64,000 nucleotides of DNA from Podarcis muralis (lineage: Eukaryota), in NCBI RefSeq assembly GCF_964188315.1, contig NC_135657.1, forward strand, positions 56,854,001-56,918,000, given 5' to 3'. Below the pieces are notes generated by a model. That model did not search any database and was not told the origin of the DNA. It was given only the letters and a program-made list of their open reading frames with translations. The position numbers and the translations under genes are program-made. Below, piece by piece: positions 62,893-64,000 of this stretch. The stretch's first letter is position 1. Each line of letters starts with the position of its first letter.

Positions 62893-63048
62893 CTGTTCAT
62901 TCTTGGTTAGCCTGGTTTTATTATGAATATCTGATGTAACCAAGTTGAACCCGTGTCTCTCAGACAGAATTCGCAACAGCAAAACCACAGTTCGACTCCC
63001 ACACTTTCCAACCCTGTTATACACCACTTGGCTAGGGAATGGAAGTAC
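62893..63048 (-). CDS. UST: UST coding exon (156 nt, phase 0-0): VLPFPSQVVYNRVGKCGSRTVVLLLRILSERHGFNLVTSDIHNKTRLTKNEQ; contains the 5'-PSB PAPS-binding loop
   Basis: Hand translation. Acceptor tttgtctag|GTA and donor CAG|gtaagt. The NRVGKCGSRT motif and the sequence match vertebrate UST as recalled. Confidence 0.96.
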
Positions 63049-63459
63049 CTAGACAAAGAGATACACATTAGCCTTCCTATTTAGAAATCTTTAAAAACAC
63101 AGAATAATTTTGTTGTAACTCAAGAGATGAGTGTTTCAAAATTAAATGCACATATTTCAGAGATCGAAAGAAAGCACTGGCTCAGAATCCATGAAGTGTT
63201 TCTTCTCACTGTGTTAAGCTATTATAGCAATATAATAAATCACATCTAAGATTTAACAGAATTATTGTGGACTAAAGTATTAGCCTACAAAAAGTTTATG
63301 TCACAATAAATGTTAGCCTTAAAATGCCACAAACCCTTTCCCCCTAATTTCTTTGTCAAATGTACTAGCAATAAGATTCAATTAGTTATTGTTTCTATTA
63401 CCTGGGGAAACCAATGAGCTGACTGCACTTTTCAATTAAGAGAGATCTATTTGCATCCT

Positions 63460-63825
63460 ACAGGGACACGGGTGGCGTTGTGGGTAAAAGCCTCAGCGCC
63501 TAGGGCTTGCCGGTCGAAAGGTCGGCGGTTCGAATCCCCGCGGCGGGGTGCGCTCCCGTTGTTCGGTCCCAGCGCCTGCCAACCTAGCAGTTCGAAAGCA
63601 CTCTCGGGTGCAAGTAGATAAATAGGGACCGCTTACTAGCGGGAAGGTAAACGGCGTTTCCGTGTGTGGCTCTGGCTCGCCAGAGCAGCGATGTCACGCT
63701 GGCCACATGACCCGGAAGTGTCTCCGGACAGCGCTGGCCCCCGGCCTATAGAGTGAGATGGGCGCACAACCCTAGAGTCTGTCAAGACTGGCCCGTACGG
63801 GCAGGGGTACCTTTACCTTTTACCT
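63460..63825 (+). mobile_element. Sauria SINE, full length, same subfamily as 60143
   Basis: 12-bp TSD TATTTGCATCCT (63448-63459 / 63826-63837). Collinear with the 60143 copy. Confidence 0.95.
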
Positions 63826-64000
63826 TATTTGCATCCTTGCCACTTCCTTCCCCTGTCTGGTTGTTACTCAGGTAGAGTTTCAAAATATGCATAGCGTGTT
63901 TCAATTCTAGCAAGTTTAATGTCCAACTTCAGAGTTGCACCCCCTTAGAAAGAACTGAGCAATGAGAATGAATAATCTTTGATGAATAAATTTTAATTCC

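Noticed and set aside
3440-63460. Apparent preference of TEs for positions just upstream of UST acceptors (55, 118, ~200, ~410 bp)
   Set aside because: With this TE density such distances are plausible by chance. It cannot be tested without a genome-wide null.

Overview
This is vertebrate intron/exon DNA. The Sauria/Squam-type SINEs point to a squamate, probably a lacertid lizard (inference). The whole window lies inside the 3' part of one minus-strand gene, UST (uronyl 2-O-sulfotransferase). I reconstructed six coding exons by hand: 63048-62893, 55360-55281, 49058-48905, 33111-33014, 31867-31710 and 3439-3153. All have GT/AG junctions and consistent phases, totalling 933 nt (310 aa plus stop), followed by a ~3 kb putative 3'UTR. 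The start codon and membrane-anchor exons lie beyond the right edge. The introns are filled with SINEs, LINE fragments (L2, CR1, L1), Tc1/mariner-class and hAT MITEs, and microsatellites. The most unusual object is a 2433-bp composite non-autonomous hAT element (14921-17353) in the last intron. It carries a CpG-island-like captured segment with splice signals on both strands, a one-ended Tigger-like element and a 108/109-bp double-hairpin tandem array. One captured exon-like segment is sense to UST and in phase with it. No prokaryotic system, CRISPR array or true tRNA/rRNA gene is supported. Functional claims below are hypotheses.
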